Shown in pieces: positions 20,274 to 30,781 of a stretch of 64,000 nucleotides of DNA; the first letter of the stretch is position 1; the number at the start of each line of letters is the position of its first letter. The translations under genes were made by a program, and so were the position numbers. Source of the DNA: an uncultured delta proteobacterium (GTDB lineage Bacteria; Desulfobacterota; RBG-13-43-22); NCBI GenBank assembly GCA_963790475.1, contig CAWBOS010000015.1, positions 416,001-480,000 on the forward strand. The letters run 5' to 3'. A model generated the notes under the pieces. The model was not told the DNA's origin. It ran no database searches and worked only from the letters and a program-made list of their open reading frames with translations.

Positions 20274-21197
20274 CTACAACCGGATGGATTTTAGGCTTTC
20301 GGCGGTTTCAATCGCTTCATTCCAACTCGGAATCCCCTTTCTCCCGCCATATTCTCTGCAGGATAAAGAAGCCACCGCTACGGAAAATTTAACAGCCCGA
20401 AGCAGATCAAAACCTTTACTGAGTGCCAGAGCAAAAGCAGCATGAAAATTGTCGCCGGCTCCGATGGTATCGACAATATTTATCAGCGGCGGCAAAACCT
20501 GACAAAGCTTGTTGTTCATGATATAGTAGGCCCCGTTTTCCCCATCGGTCACGACCAGATCACCCCCGACCATACCCTTTAATCGAAAAATTCGTTCCTT
20601 CAACGATAAGCCGTCGAAATGTAATTCTTCTGATTTAAAAAAATCCGATGAAGGGATAAAATAATCCGCTATGGCCATAATATCTTCAATCCCTTCCTGC
20701 CAGCGCTCGCAGTCATATACGATTTTAATTTTTCGATCCGTTTGCTTTTTCAATACTTTCCCGAAATAGGTCGCCTCGGGATCCAGCAATAGTACCGCTG
20801 ATCGATGCAAGAGCGTGTCGATGGCCGGGTACTTTTGAATTTTAGGGAGGGTGCTGCCTTCGTAAATGATCGTCCGATAACCGTTGCGTTTTGTGACAAA
20901 AATGAAGGCAACCGCTGTTTTTCCGCCCGGTATGATCTCGATAAATTTGGTGCTCACACCAAAATCCTGCAAGCGCTTCAGGCAAAACCGGCCTTCCGGG
21001 TCATCACCGAGTTTCCCGACATAGGCCACTTGCCCACCCAATATTGAAATGCAGCAAGAGGCTGTACCGCCCTGTCCGCCGCCTTCCGTCAACCGGAACT
21101 CCAAGGTGGTTTTCTGGTTTTCCTTGGGAAAGCGGTCCACAACAGCAATGTAATCCAAGCAACTGCGCCCGATGACCAGTACATCGATATTTTTCAT
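20274..21197 (-). CDS. PfkB-family carbohydrate kinase
   Basis: GGGQGGTAS, VGKLGDD, VDTIGAGDNF. Confidence 0.9.
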   Translation of the reverse strand: MKNIDVLVIGRSCLDYIAVVDRFPKENQKTTLEFRLTEGGGQGGTASCCISILGGQVAYVGKLGDDPEGRFCLKRLQDFGVSTKFIEIIPGGKTAVAFIFVTKRNGYRTIIYEGSTLPKIQKYPAIDTLLHRSAVLLLDPEATYFGKVLKKQTDRKIKIVYDCERWQEGIEDIMAIADYFIPSSDFFKSEELHFDGLSLKERIFRLKGMVGGDLVVTDGENGAYYIMNNKLCQVLPPLINIVDTIGAGDNFHAAFALALSKGFDLLRAVKFSVAVASLSCREYGGRKGIPSWNEAIETAESLKSIRL

Positions 21198-21357
21198 TTT
21201 TTTATGATTACTTTTGGCTTCAACAGGAAAAGGAGATATTGGGTCTAAGATGTATCGAAGCCCGAGGTCCGGGGGTCAGGTTTATTCGCTCGGCTTTGAG
21301 AATCCGGATAAAAAATATTTACAGAAATAAACCTGACCCTGTTTGAATGCCTATGGA

Positions 21358-22329
21358 TTATTTAAAAAGGCTGTCCATCCTCTTTTTCACTTCCACAGCC
21401 TCATCAATGATCCGCTGCATCAACTCGGCTACGGTCGGAATATCATGGATGCGGCCGACAACCTGTCCACCGGGATACATCCCCTTATCGAATGTCCCCT
21501 CCTTCCAACCTCCGGCCGAGGTTCTTCCGCTGATATAGGGAGCGAGTTCTTGCAGTGAGGCCCCTTTGGCCTCCAATTCCAGAATTTTTTCCGAGCCCGG
21601 TGTCTTCAAGACGCGGCTGGGATTCATTAAGGTCTTCATCACCAGAACGGTTTCCGTCTCCTGAGTTTCGATCAGTTTCTTTTTAAAATCAGGATGGATC
21701 GGGCACTCCTGGGTGGCCATAAAGCGCGTGCCCATGTTCACACCGGCTGCGCCGAAGGCCAAAGCGGCCATCAGCCCTTTGCCGTCGGCAAAGCCTCCGC
21801 CGGCTATCAAAGGTTTCTTGATCCTGTCGAGTGTCGCGGGTATTAAAACAAGGGTCGTTACTTCTTCCATGCTCGGATGCCCGCCGCATTCCGTTCCCAC
21901 GATGGAAACCATATCCACACCCAGACCATCCACTTTGACCGCATCGCGCACACGGGCGCATTTGTGGATGTGAATCAGTCCTCCTTTAACAATCTGTTCT
22001 CGGTGAGGTGCCGGACTGCGCCCGGCGGTTTCCAGTATTTTCACGCCCGATTCTATCACCCAGCCGATCCTTTCTTCCGCGGTAACGGTGGCCGTCATTT
22101 CGGGAAACAGGCCCACGTTGACCCCAAAAGGCTTATCGGTCATGTCCCTGGTCTTTTTGACCTCATCCATAAAGGCCTGTTTGGTTTGAAAGGCGGCGGC
22201 AGGCAGGCAACAAAAACCGCCGGCATTGGCCACCGGCGCCACCAGCGCGGCCATCGAAATAGCCTGCATGGTCCCGCACTGGATAGGATACTTGATCCCC
22301 AATATTTCCGTCATTTTCGTTTGCAGCAT
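21358..22329 (-). CDS. Nitronate monooxygenase / FabK-like flavin oxidoreductase
   Basis: ILGIKYPIQCGTM, KPFGVN, GTECGGHP, IAGGGFADG, MGTRF. Confidence 0.85.
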   Translation of the reverse strand: MLQTKMTEILGIKYPIQCGTMQAISMAALVAPVANAGGFCCLPAAAFQTKQAFMDEVKKTRDMTDKPFGVNVGLFPEMTATVTAEERIGWVIESGVKILETAGRSPAPHREQIVKGGLIHIHKCARVRDAVKVDGLGVDMVSIVGTECGGHPSMEEVTTLVLIPATLDRIKKPLIAGGGFADGKGLMAALAFGAAGVNMGTRFMATQECPIHPDFKKKLIETQETETVLVMKTLMNPSRVLKTPGSEKILELEAKGASLQELAPYISGRTSAGGWKEGTFDKGMYPGGQVVGRIHDIPTVAELMQRIIDEAVEVKKRMDSLFK

Positions 22330-22462
22330 ACATTTCCCCCTTTATTTTTTTAATTTTTTTTGAGACTGCCTACTAACCCACTTCGTTTCCTGAAGAGGAT
22401 TATCTATTAAAAAAAACTAAATATCAAATAAAAGATGCCGGTTCGGAATTTAAGTTAATAGG

Positions 22463-22670
22463 GGTCTCATAATCTTGAATAAAAGGACCGATGGGGTCAT
22501 ATTTTTTGGGGATTGTCCAAATGGTAACTTATCGCCCAATCCCGGCCAGTCCAGTCCCGCCTTGGCGGGATTAAATAATTTTCCCGACAAAGAAGCTTCC
22601 AGGTTCAGGGTGGACAACGCCCAAAAATATGGCCCCATCGGTCCCCTTCATTTCAGACTATTATGAGACC
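22463..22670. mobile_element. MITE-like element with ~55-bp imperfect terminal inverted repeats
   Basis: GGTCTCATAAT...GGACCGATGGGGTCATATTTTTTGGG..TTGTCCA / TGGACAA..CCCAAAAATATGGCCCCATCGGTCC...ATTATGAGACC. Confidence 0.65.
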
Positions 22671-22671
22671 A

Positions 22672-23928
22672 TTAATAAATGTTGACCCCCTTCGATTTCA
22701 GAAACTCCTTGTCTTTATCAATAAAATAGACCCAGGAGTTCCTTGACATCAGGCAGGAGTCTTCTTCGCCCAGGATTTCCAGCAGCTCGATCCTCAACTT
22801 CCGGGCTTCGAGATTCTCGGGATCAGCGCCGATCAGCACATCGAGCACTTGCAGCCCCAGTTGGGCTTTTCCCTGTTGTTTCAATTCCCGGGTTTTGTCC
22901 AATACCCTTTCCGGATCACCGATCAGTTCCAGCAGGGCAGCCTTCACTTCTTTTTCCGGTCTGGGGAGTAGATTGGCGGGGTTGCCGTCAAAATATCCGT
23001 GATACCAATGATAGACGTTATAAACAAAAAACTCCGTCCTGGAATAGGATGAGAGGAGATAGGGGCTGTCCTTCAAATGATCGGGGATTTTGACCTCATG
23101 AATCATCTCGGTGATATGCTTTTTTCGGTTGATGCCATCCACTACCTTATCATGAAGATTCCGGATGACTTCGATATGGTCATCTAACGCTTCCCTGGCT
23201 TGATGCCCTTGATAGAGGGTTCCGGCTCCGTTGCAGAAGAGATATTCCGGATTAAGGGCGCGGACTTTTTCCAGGGTTTTGGCCCAGTCCAGGGCAAAAC
23301 GAGTCGGCTTCCAGGGATTGCCGATATTGGGAAACGACCCGATCATCAGGTCCCCGATGAAAGCTGAACTAATTTCCGGGACCCAGACCCAGCAGGCGTC
23401 ATCGGTCTCCGCCCGGGCCGTATGCAGTTCAAAGGTCTTGCCACCCAATTGAATGGTCAGGTCTCCCTGAAAGGTCTGGGTCGGATAAACCGTCCTTTCC
23501 AGACTCTCAAGGGTTTTTTCCGGTCTATCCGGAATATTGAACTGTTGGGCGCTGATGCGCGCCCGATGCCGATATAGCATTTTATAACGGTCCAACCGGT
23601 CGGATAGATACTGATTGGCGATGATGATCGGATTATCTTTGATAAAGGCAGCGGTCCCCGAAACATGATCCGAATGACCGTGGGTATAGATGATGTATTT
23701 TATCTGCCCTTTGATCCTTTCCGCAGTCTGGATTGCCGCCTGGTAGCTGATCAGAGTATCGATCAACACCACACCTTCTTCGGTATCGATCCAGGCGCAT
23801 CCGGCAATGGGCAAAGAGGCCACGTGAACATCGGGCAACGGATCGGAAAAAACAACTTCCTGTCCGGCTAAGATTTGTTGAGCTTTTACCTTATCAGTTT
23901 TGCTTCCTTCTGTTGGTTTATCAGTCAT
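22672..23928 (-). CDS. Alkyl-sulfatase-like metallo-beta-lactamase-fold hydrolase
   Basis: THGHSDH, AETDD, FPNIGNP, YHWYHGYFDGNPANL. Confidence 0.82.
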   Translation of the reverse strand: MTDKPTEGSKTDKVKAQQILAGQEVVFSDPLPDVHVASLPIAGCAWIDTEEGVVLIDTLISYQAAIQTAERIKGQIKYIIYTHGHSDHVSGTAAFIKDNPIIIANQYLSDRLDRYKMLYRHRARISAQQFNIPDRPEKTLESLERTVYPTQTFQGDLTIQLGGKTFELHTARAETDDACWVWVPEISSAFIGDLMIGSFPNIGNPWKPTRFALDWAKTLEKVRALNPEYLFCNGAGTLYQGHQAREALDDHIEVIRNLHDKVVDGINRKKHITEMIHEVKIPDHLKDSPYLLSSYSRTEFFVYNVYHWYHGYFDGNPANLLPRPEKEVKAALLELIGDPERVLDKTRELKQQGKAQLGLQVLDVLIGADPENLEARKLRIELLEILGEEDSCLMSRNSWVYFIDKDKEFLKSKGVNIY

Positions 23929-24530
23929 GGTTCTCCTTTTGATGCGGGTTAACGATTAATTTAACGAAAGGGGCTTAATAATTTTTCTTTTTAAGTTGAC
24001 TCTAATTTTCATCACGTATTGATTTTTTTGTCAACATTCGTCCACAAATAATTTCTCCCTGAGGTTATCACCCTTCTTACCCGCCCTTTTCCAGACAATG
24101 AAAGACAAAACGCTTTTTTTCTCCTTGACCCTGTATTTTTCCTGTCCTACACTTATCCCAAAAAATCAACTTCCATATACAATTTGCCATAAAGCATCCC
24201 AAATTGATCTTCGTTTTTAAACAGTACGGGAAGAACTTCGGATTTAAACAAATGCGCCCAGGAAGATTCTATACGGCTGCGTAATGAAGGGGATAACTGA
24301 GTTCCTACACCGAACAATTTTTGTTAAGGGGATGTTTTCTTATACATGATTATCTTTAGCATGGTCCGTAGTTGATAACAAGAGTTACTTCTCAGGAATC
24401 AATAAGTAATTAATTCAATCCAATAGACTATAATTAAACTCTTTAGAGATAGTTTCGCCTCTTCGGACAGCATACACAACTCCTGGAGTCGTTACATTCA
24501 ATCGCCTGGCAAGTTCCACCAAAGGTAGGC

Positions 24531-25508
24531 TTACTTGGTTACCGAGTGCCAATACTCGGCGATGCCATACCCTTCTTGCCCGTCCAGGTTGAACTGGGCA
24601 AAGCCCTCATTGATAAAGGTGGCCCCGGCCGGCATGGCGATCTTCGTCGGACAAATCCCCAGAACCCGGCCGATGACACTCCGCCTCTTTCCGTCCTCGG
24701 TTGTCCAGGTCAGTTGCATGGCGCGGTGGAGGATCGAACCGCTCCTGTATTCGCTTTCAACGATTATGTCCCCTAAGGGCTGATTCTTCCCCTCGAACTG
24801 AAGCCATCCAGAGCCTCTCATGGTTCCGTCGGACTGCCGGAAGCACGAACATCCAAAGGCCCTATCCCGTCCGAAGTTACCAGAAAACCAGGTGACGAAA
24901 GGCGCCGGCAGGTGGTCACCCTCTTGAGGACCGGCCATAGCCGGGATCATCCCCGGTTTCCAATCCCTTGGACCCCAGGATTTGTCCCGGACACCCCAAC
25001 CCATGACGGTCCAGTTCTCGGATCCCAGACGGATTTTCCCTGAGGCATTCCCAGTCTGCTCGAAGTGTCCCCTTGGGCCAGTGAAATCGTAAAACGGATC
25101 GGTCCGAGATTGGAATTCCAGCTGCATGTCCAGCTCTGCCGGATGATACCAGCCCTCCGGCCTCTCTTTACTACGGATCATAAGGATGGAGCCGTCGGGA
25201 ATGTCCTGGGCCAACCCTTTGTAGCGGACCATCCAGTGTTTAAAAGGTTTCAGGCATTCGAGCCCCAGCCCAGCGACCTGCAGGAGTTCGTCTCCCCGTT
25301 TCAGTTCGCGCCGGCCGTAGGTAAAGGCCAGGCGATCCCCGCCCAGGAACAGAACATGGAGCCCGTCGGCCCAACCTTCATTAGCCCGGAAGCCCATGCG
25401 GGTGAACAGGCCTATTTTTTTATCCGGATCAACAAAATTGAAATAATAGCTTTCGCTCCAGGCCCTTTCTTCTCCTGCTGGATGCATGAATTCATCGTTT
25501 TTATCCAT
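24531..25508 (-). CDS. Conserved hypothetical beta-barrel protein (tocopherol-cyclase/AttH-like fold suspected)
   Basis: WSESYYFNFVD, HFEQTG, GWGVRDKSWGPRDW, GYGIAEY. Confidence 0.6.
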   Translation of the reverse strand: MDKNDEFMHPAGEERAWSESYYFNFVDPDKKIGLFTRMGFRANEGWADGLHVLFLGGDRLAFTYGRRELKRGDELLQVAGLGLECLKPFKHWMVRYKGLAQDIPDGSILMIRSKERPEGWYHPAELDMQLEFQSRTDPFYDFTGPRGHFEQTGNASGKIRLGSENWTVMGWGVRDKSWGPRDWKPGMIPAMAGPQEGDHLPAPFVTWFSGNFGRDRAFGCSCFRQSDGTMRGSGWLQFEGKNQPLGDIIVESEYRSGSILHRAMQLTWTTEDGKRRSVIGRVLGICPTKIAMPAGATFINEGFAQFNLDGQEGYGIAEYWHSVTK

Positions 25509-25555
25509 CGAATCTTTCTCCTCAGGTTTCCCTTGATAGGTAAAATGCAAGGTTC

Positions 25556-26626
25556 TTAGCGGCCGGATCTGACCATGACCTTTTGCGCCGAACCGATCAG
25601 CAAATGAGAGGTGGATTTAAACATTTCAAACCTCTGATCTTTCGAGAACCCATAGTAATAGCGGTAGTAAATCTGTTGCAGCAGTCCGGCCAGCCGGAAC
25701 ATATTTAACACATAATAATAGTCCGGATTTGGAATGGAAGATCCCGAAAATTTCTGGTAATCCTCGAGAAGATCTTCCCGGCTGATGGACTCTCTTAGGA
25801 TGGCCGGCAGGATAGCTGAGATTCCCAGGGTATCCTGTTCCGCTTTTTCATTGAAATAGATCATGGTGTAGGTTGCATCCATGATAGGGTCTCCAATCGT
25901 GGCCATTTCCCAGTCCAGCACCCCGATGATTTTTGTGGGATCTTCATAATCCAGTACAATATTGTCCGGTTTCCAGTCTCCGTGCACAATAGCCGGATAG
26001 TCCACGTCCGGGGGCCTTTTGGCTTCCAGCCAGGCCATGACATCCTCGCCATCCGGAACATCCGGTGTACGGGCGTCCCGATACCGACCGATCCACCCCT
26101 GAACCTGCCGCTTGATATAGCCCTGAGGTTTCCCGAAATCCTCCAGGCCGATTTTTCGGTAATCCAAAGAGTGCAGCTGGGATAATACCTTCATGAGGTT
26201 ACGACCTAAGTGGCGTGCTGCAGCGGGGGACAGACTGACTCCCGACGGCAGGTGCTGCCGAATGATCTTACCCGGCAATCGCTCCATCACATAAAAGGGA
26301 CAACCGATGATGGCGGTGTCTTCGGTATAGGTAAGCGGTCTGGGGACGTAGGGAAATACCGGAATGAGGGCTTTGAGTACGGTGTATTCCCGCTTCATAT
26401 CGTGGGCCCCCTTGACCTTGCTTCCCAAGGGGGGGCGCCTCAATACCATTTCCCGGTTGCTGAAGGTCAGTAAATAGGTGAGGTTTGAATGTCCCCCCGG
26501 GAACTGCATGAGGGTCAGTTTTCCCTCGATCCCGGGAAGGCTATCCTTCAGGAATTCTTCCAATCTCGCTGTATCCAGTTCCTCGCCCTTCCGGACTTTT
26601 TCTGAAGCATCGTTGCCTTCTGCCAT
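25556..26626 (-). CDS. APH-family phosphotransferase (LvaA / ACAD10-11 kinase-like)
   Basis: QFPGGHSNLTY, VLRRPP, AHDMKRE, HGDWKPDN, VLDWEMATIGDP. Confidence 0.85.
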   Translation of the reverse strand: MAEGNDASEKVRKGEELDTARLEEFLKDSLPGIEGKLTLMQFPGGHSNLTYLLTFSNREMVLRRPPLGSKVKGAHDMKREYTVLKALIPVFPYVPRPLTYTEDTAIIGCPFYVMERLPGKIIRQHLPSGVSLSPAAARHLGRNLMKVLSQLHSLDYRKIGLEDFGKPQGYIKRQVQGWIGRYRDARTPDVPDGEDVMAWLEAKRPPDVDYPAIVHGDWKPDNIVLDYEDPTKIIGVLDWEMATIGDPIMDATYTMIYFNEKAEQDTLGISAILPAILRESISREDLLEDYQKFSGSSIPNPDYYYVLNMFRLAGLLQQIYYRYYYGFSKDQRFEMFKSTSHLLIGSAQKVMVRSGR

Positions 26627-27130
26627 AAATTTTTTATCCTAAAAGAAAGATGACCTCAGCGTTAGGCAAGTCCCCGGAATCCAATGGAGAGGGGCTGGCC
26701 TCGAGCCAAAAGGGAGGTGAAGGTTGATACGCTTGGCGATTGAATGAAAAGAATATAGAATAAGGGAAAATGAAGATCAAGGAGAAAAAAAAGAAGAAGC
26801 AATCACCAAAAAACATGAAAAAGGGTCAGGGGTCCAAGGACCAAGGATTTAAGTGAAAGGCATGGAAGGTATATCCCTTAACCCGTTGAACCTATGAACC
26901 CCATTTTCGTAAAAAATGAATGGGCTTTTATTTTAAATGAAGGGCCTATTATATTGAAGGCTCAGGCGGCTTTTAGAACGGGATCGGCGGAAATGAGCAG
27001 GCGGTCCAGGGCTGCTTCTCAAGGGATTCAATATCATTAAGGTCTCTAATTGGTATAGTGTACCTCGTTGTTCTCATCCTGATCCTTCGATCTTAAATAT
27101 TTTATATTGGTATAACAGGAGCACTCATTT

Positions 27131-27463
27131 TTAATGGACCGCGGCATACAGTATCATTGTCTCGGTTGCCTCAGCCGCCTTGAATTCCTCAACGATACGC
27201 CCCTGACGGGAAACGAGAATGCGGTCCGATAAATGTAGAATTTCCGGCAAATAGGAAGAGATGACTACCACTGGAAGACCATCATCGGCCAGTTTGTTGA
27301 TAATTTGGTGAATTTCAGCTATGGCTCCGACGTCTACTCCGCGAGTAGGTTCATCGAAAATGATCAGCTTGGGACGTTGAGCCAGCGCCAATCACTACCC
27401 TCTGCTGATTACCCCCGGACAACTCGATAACCCGGGCATTGCTGTCCGTTGCCCTGATGTTGG
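27131..27463 (-). pseudogene. C-terminal remnant of a sugar ABC transporter ATPase
   Basis: LSGGNQQRVVI then (frameshifted) LIIFDEPTRGVDVGA...VISSYLPE; 5' part absent, ends at an inverted repeat. Confidence 0.75.
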
Positions 27464-27468
27464 TCGGA

Positions 27469-27536
27469 AATTACGGGGACAGTATACTTAATTCTTTAAA
27501 TCAGAAAAAATAAATAAGCATACTGTCCCCCGAATT
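27469..27536. repeat. Inverted repeat (REP-like)
   Basis: AATTACGGGGACAGTATACTTAATT ... AAATAAGCATACTGTCCCCCGAATT. Confidence 0.6.
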
Positions 27537-27543
27537 CTCCTTT

Positions 27544-27954
27544 TTATTTTTTACGATTAGGATGGCAGTTGCCACATTTATTAAAGGTTCGAAGGTGATG
27601 ACAGGAAACATAACAGTTTTCCACCTCTACCTTGGACAGATCGACTTTTTCCTGGGGCGGATTCGGATGTGTGGTGTGGCAGTCGAGACAGTTAGGCACA
27701 TTCTCGGCCTTCTTTTCATTATGCGGTATGAACTGGTGCGGATTAACAAGAAGTCCGCTTTCGGTTTTGAAGCTCGGCTTTTTATCTACCAGTTTATCAA
27801 ACGATCCCTCGTGGCAGGATAGGCAAAGGGCAGATCCTTGTGGCTCCTTGTCCACGGCAACAGCCACTTTTGCGGCATCAAACAGATAAAAAGCCATTAT
27901 CGGGGTTAAAAGAAGAAATCCTAACAAGGTCATCCTTTTTTGTTTTGGCTTCAT
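27544..27954 (-). CDS. Periplasmic tetraheme cytochrome c (flavocytochrome heme subunit-like)
   Basis: Signal peptide; CLSCH, NPH, CLDCH, CYVSCH, CGNCH. Confidence 0.82.
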   Translation of the reverse strand: MKPKQKRMTLLGFLLLTPIMAFYLFDAAKVAVAVDKEPQGSALCLSCHEGSFDKLVDKKPSFKTESGLLVNPHQFIPHNEKKAENVPNCLDCHTTHPNPPQEKVDLSKVEVENCYVSCHHLRTFNKCGNCHPNRKK

Positions 27955-28103
27955 AATTTCAAGGTTTTTATCTGTGATGAGAGCTTGGTTTTCGTGGGGC
28001 GGACGTTATGCTAAACCCGTCCGCCCATGCACTCTCTCAACTTCCATGGTGCTCTATGAAACAAAAACGTGAGGTCAAAGGTAAAGAATGACATCTGATG
28101 AAC

Positions 28104-29297
28104 CTAAACAATCTTCCACGGCTTTTCTGCCGCAGCATTCCGGCCGGCAGCGCGTCCGAAAAATATCGCAGAACTGAGGTAGATTCCGCAGTGCGGATAC
28201 TGCGCGTTCACGATACCGCCAGTGGCCCGACCCCCTGCGTACAGCCGGGGTATCGGCTTGCCATAGACATCGAGCACCTGAGCCTTGGGATTGATCTTTA
28301 GCCCTTCGTTGTACCCCGCGGCCATGAAGGCCAAATCACCACCCAAGGCCTGGGCCGCTATTATTCCGTCGCCTTGACTCGGGGCCGAAAGTTTGTTGGT
28401 AAAGAAGCCGCCCCAGCCGCCGAAAAAATTGGGGTCCTTGATGTTCTGGAGCAAATGGTTCCGGACCATATTGACGTTAGTCAACCAGTGGCCTGTCCCG
28501 ATCACCACGCCGCGCTTGGCTTTGATCAGCAGCGTCTTGTCTCCGCGCAGGGCTTTAAGACCCACCACTTCTCGATTGGCATTAACGATCAGTTCGCTCA
28601 GGCCGGTCTGCATTAAGGTCTTGATGTTGCGTTTCTTGATGTTGTCGTCGAAGGTCTTGAAGACACCGGTCCCACCAGGACTGGGCCAGCCATCCCGAAA
28701 AACCTCCTTCTGGGTTCCAGTGAACCAGTGGCTCCGAACAGCCTTGGGCATTTTGTATTTGTCGAAAAAGACCGGTGTTCCGCTGACATTCAGGCCCGGC
28801 CCGGGGTGCATCTCCTTTGGGGCGAGATTCCACTCGGAGACGGCTTGTCCGCCAAGGTGTTGGATCACCCAATCAACATTGTCGTTCTTGGAAAAGGGGA
28901 GTAGGAGGTCCGGATCGACATAGCCTTCACCGCAGGCCATCATATAATCGAAAAAGGCCTGTTGGCTGTCCTGGATTCCAAGGGTTTTCTGGACGATACT
29001 CCCCGCCTGAGCAATGGCGCCACCGCACCGGCGCATGTCACCACCCGCCCAATCATTCTTGTCGATGATCAGCACCTTGGCCCCGGCATCGTGGGCTTCA
29101 ATGGCAGCGGGCAGACCCGTGCTGCCATAGCCCGCGATTACCACATCGGCCTCTTCATCCCACTTGGTCGGGACCGGCCCTTTAGCACTCTTGGCTTGGA
29201 GGGGAGAGGAAACCATCCCGACGCCGGCGATGGCGGCCGCGCCGATGGCCGCATCCTTGATAAAATCTCTTCTGGAAAATTTGTTCTCGTCCGCCAT
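28104..29297 (-). CDS. Tat-exported FAD-binding oxidoreductase (flavocytochrome c / FAD_binding_2 family), short form
   Basis: SRRDFIK twin-arginine signal; ADVVIAGYGSTG; AKRGVVIGTG; GDGI; QVLDVYGKPIPRLYAGG; AIFFGRAAG. Confidence 0.85.
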   Translation of the reverse strand: MADENKFSRRDFIKDAAIGAAAIAGVGMVSSPLQAKSAKGPVPTKWDEEADVVIAGYGSTGLPAAIEAHDAGAKVLIIDKNDWAGGDMRRCGGAIAQAGSIVQKTLGIQDSQQAFFDYMMACGEGYVDPDLLLPFSKNDNVDWVIQHLGGQAVSEWNLAPKEMHPGPGLNVSGTPVFFDKYKMPKAVRSHWFTGTQKEVFRDGWPSPGGTGVFKTFDDNIKKRNIKTLMQTGLSELIVNANREVVGLKALRGDKTLLIKAKRGVVIGTGHWLTNVNMVRNHLLQNIKDPNFFGGWGGFFTNKLSAPSQGDGIIAAQALGGDLAFMAAGYNEGLKINPKAQVLDVYGKPIPRLYAGGRATGGIVNAQYPHCGIYLSSAIFFGRAAGRNAAAEKPWKIV

Positions 29298-29456
29298 TTC
29301 AATTACTCCTTTCTGTGAGATAATCAGTGTAAAATCCAAAGACAGCGTGCTAGGCTGTATAATAGCTTATACCTACTATTCAAAGGCAAATCATAGTGGC
29401 AAAACAATAATGGCCGGCAAAAGATACCTTCAAGGGAAATCTTTAGGTACTGAGTC

Positions 29457-30500
29457 TTATTTCTTCCCTGGCACAAAGTCCTTAATTCTAATGGCCACAA
29501 CTGTCTTTAACCTTTGCTCATATGGTAACCCATACGCCAAATTCGCAACATAAAGGATACCATCCCTAAACGCGGAGCCAGTGGGACCCTGGAACAAGGA
29601 GCTGTCAATAGTTATTCGGTTTGGGTATCCCGATGGGGGAATAATAACGATCTCGTTTGCTCCGGGCATGGAACCATAGACGTAACCCTCATCATCAATC
29701 GATATACCATCGAACCAGGTATGTCCCCGCGAGTAAGGTTGTGCTTTATCAGCGCTCCCGTCAGCTTTGATTGGAATTTTGACGATCTTTCCATCCAGGG
29801 TGGTAGTGTCGCAGTAAATGTTTTTCTGGTCTTTATCAATGGTGATAGCATTTACACCCAAAGGTAAGGTAGGATCCGACTGCCAGCCCAAAAGGGGATC
29901 ATCGGACCACATCGTGACTTTTTTACCATCCGGTGAAATCTTCCAAATGCCGGGGTAGGTCAGATCAGTGAGGTAAATATTCCCAGCATTATCGATCGCA
30001 ACGTCGTCTGGAAAACAAAAGGGCCATCCATCCCCCCTGGTGGCTACGGCCGTCACTTGACGGGTCTTGGCGTCAATTTTATAGACTCCGCTCCGTGTAA
30101 CCCTTACATCGTGGCAAGCTGGATGATTAACGTTCGGTATATCTTTGTGAATATCAAGGTACTTAGAATGTTGGAGATAGGCAACGTAAAGGTTGTCATC
30201 CTTGTCTGCTTTGATTCCATAAATTTCTCCCTGACGGGCGTCCCCCTCTGCCTTAGAGGGCACCCAAGCCACGTGCTCAAAAGAACCATCGTCCTTCAGC
30301 ATTACAACTTCACCCGTGTTATGCAGGGTGGTATAAAGTTTCTTGTTAGAGTCGATACAGACACTCTCCGGGGCGGCCGGTAGCTTGGCATAGACCCAGA
30401 TCTTTGGCTCTTCTGCCGAGGTAAGGCGAGGGGATAGGAAACCCATAAACATTATTGTTGTGACTAGGGTGATTACTATAATTTTAATTGAGTTCCTCAT
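29457..30500 (-). CDS. Exported SMP-30/gluconolactonase-like beta-propeller protein
   Basis: Signal peptide; PESVCID, FPDDVAIDNAGNIYLTD, GVNAITID, FDGISIDDEG. Confidence 0.78.
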   Translation of the reverse strand: MRNSIKIIVITLVTTIMFMGFLSPRLTSAEEPKIWVYAKLPAAPESVCIDSNKKLYTTLHNTGEVVMLKDDGSFEHVAWVPSKAEGDARQGEIYGIKADKDDNLYVAYLQHSKYLDIHKDIPNVNHPACHDVRVTRSGVYKIDAKTRQVTAVATRGDGWPFCFPDDVAIDNAGNIYLTDLTYPGIWKISPDGKKVTMWSDDPLLGWQSDPTLPLGVNAITIDKDQKNIYCDTTTLDGKIVKIPIKADGSADKAQPYSRGHTWFDGISIDDEGYVYGSMPGANEIVIIPPSGYPNRITIDSSLFQGPTGSAFRDGILYVANLAYGLPYEQRLKTVVAIRIKDFVPGKK

Positions 30501-30743
30501 TTTTCGTCCCTCCTTTAAATTTTATCATTTTTTGAGCATCCCAACTAACACCTTTTTGACCCCCCTTTCTGTCCAGATTTTACTGAAACACCATACTTTG
30601 GTTAAGATAAGAACGGGATATCTTCATGTTACCTCTTTAACGAAAAAGAATTATTTTATTAAGTTATTAAAAAGCATTTGCTCTTTTGAGATCTTTGAAT
30701 AAATTAGTTAAAATGTAATTTTATATCAAATTTGAACACCATT

Positions 30744-30781
30744 CTTGCCTCTCAGTGCATATTTTTTTGTTATTTAGCGCA
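30744..30781 (-). promoter_or_regulatory. Tandem 16-bp direct repeat, candidate AraC-family operator
   Basis: Minus strand TGCGCT-N6-CAAA and TGCACT-N6-CAAG, 22 bp apart, about 18 nt upstream of a TATAAA. Confidence 0.4.

Noticed and set aside
23930-24530. 600-bp AT-rich gap with a plus-strand TTGACC...TACACT promoter-like signal
   Set aside because: No credible ORF or RNA structure downstream, so a feature cannot be supported.
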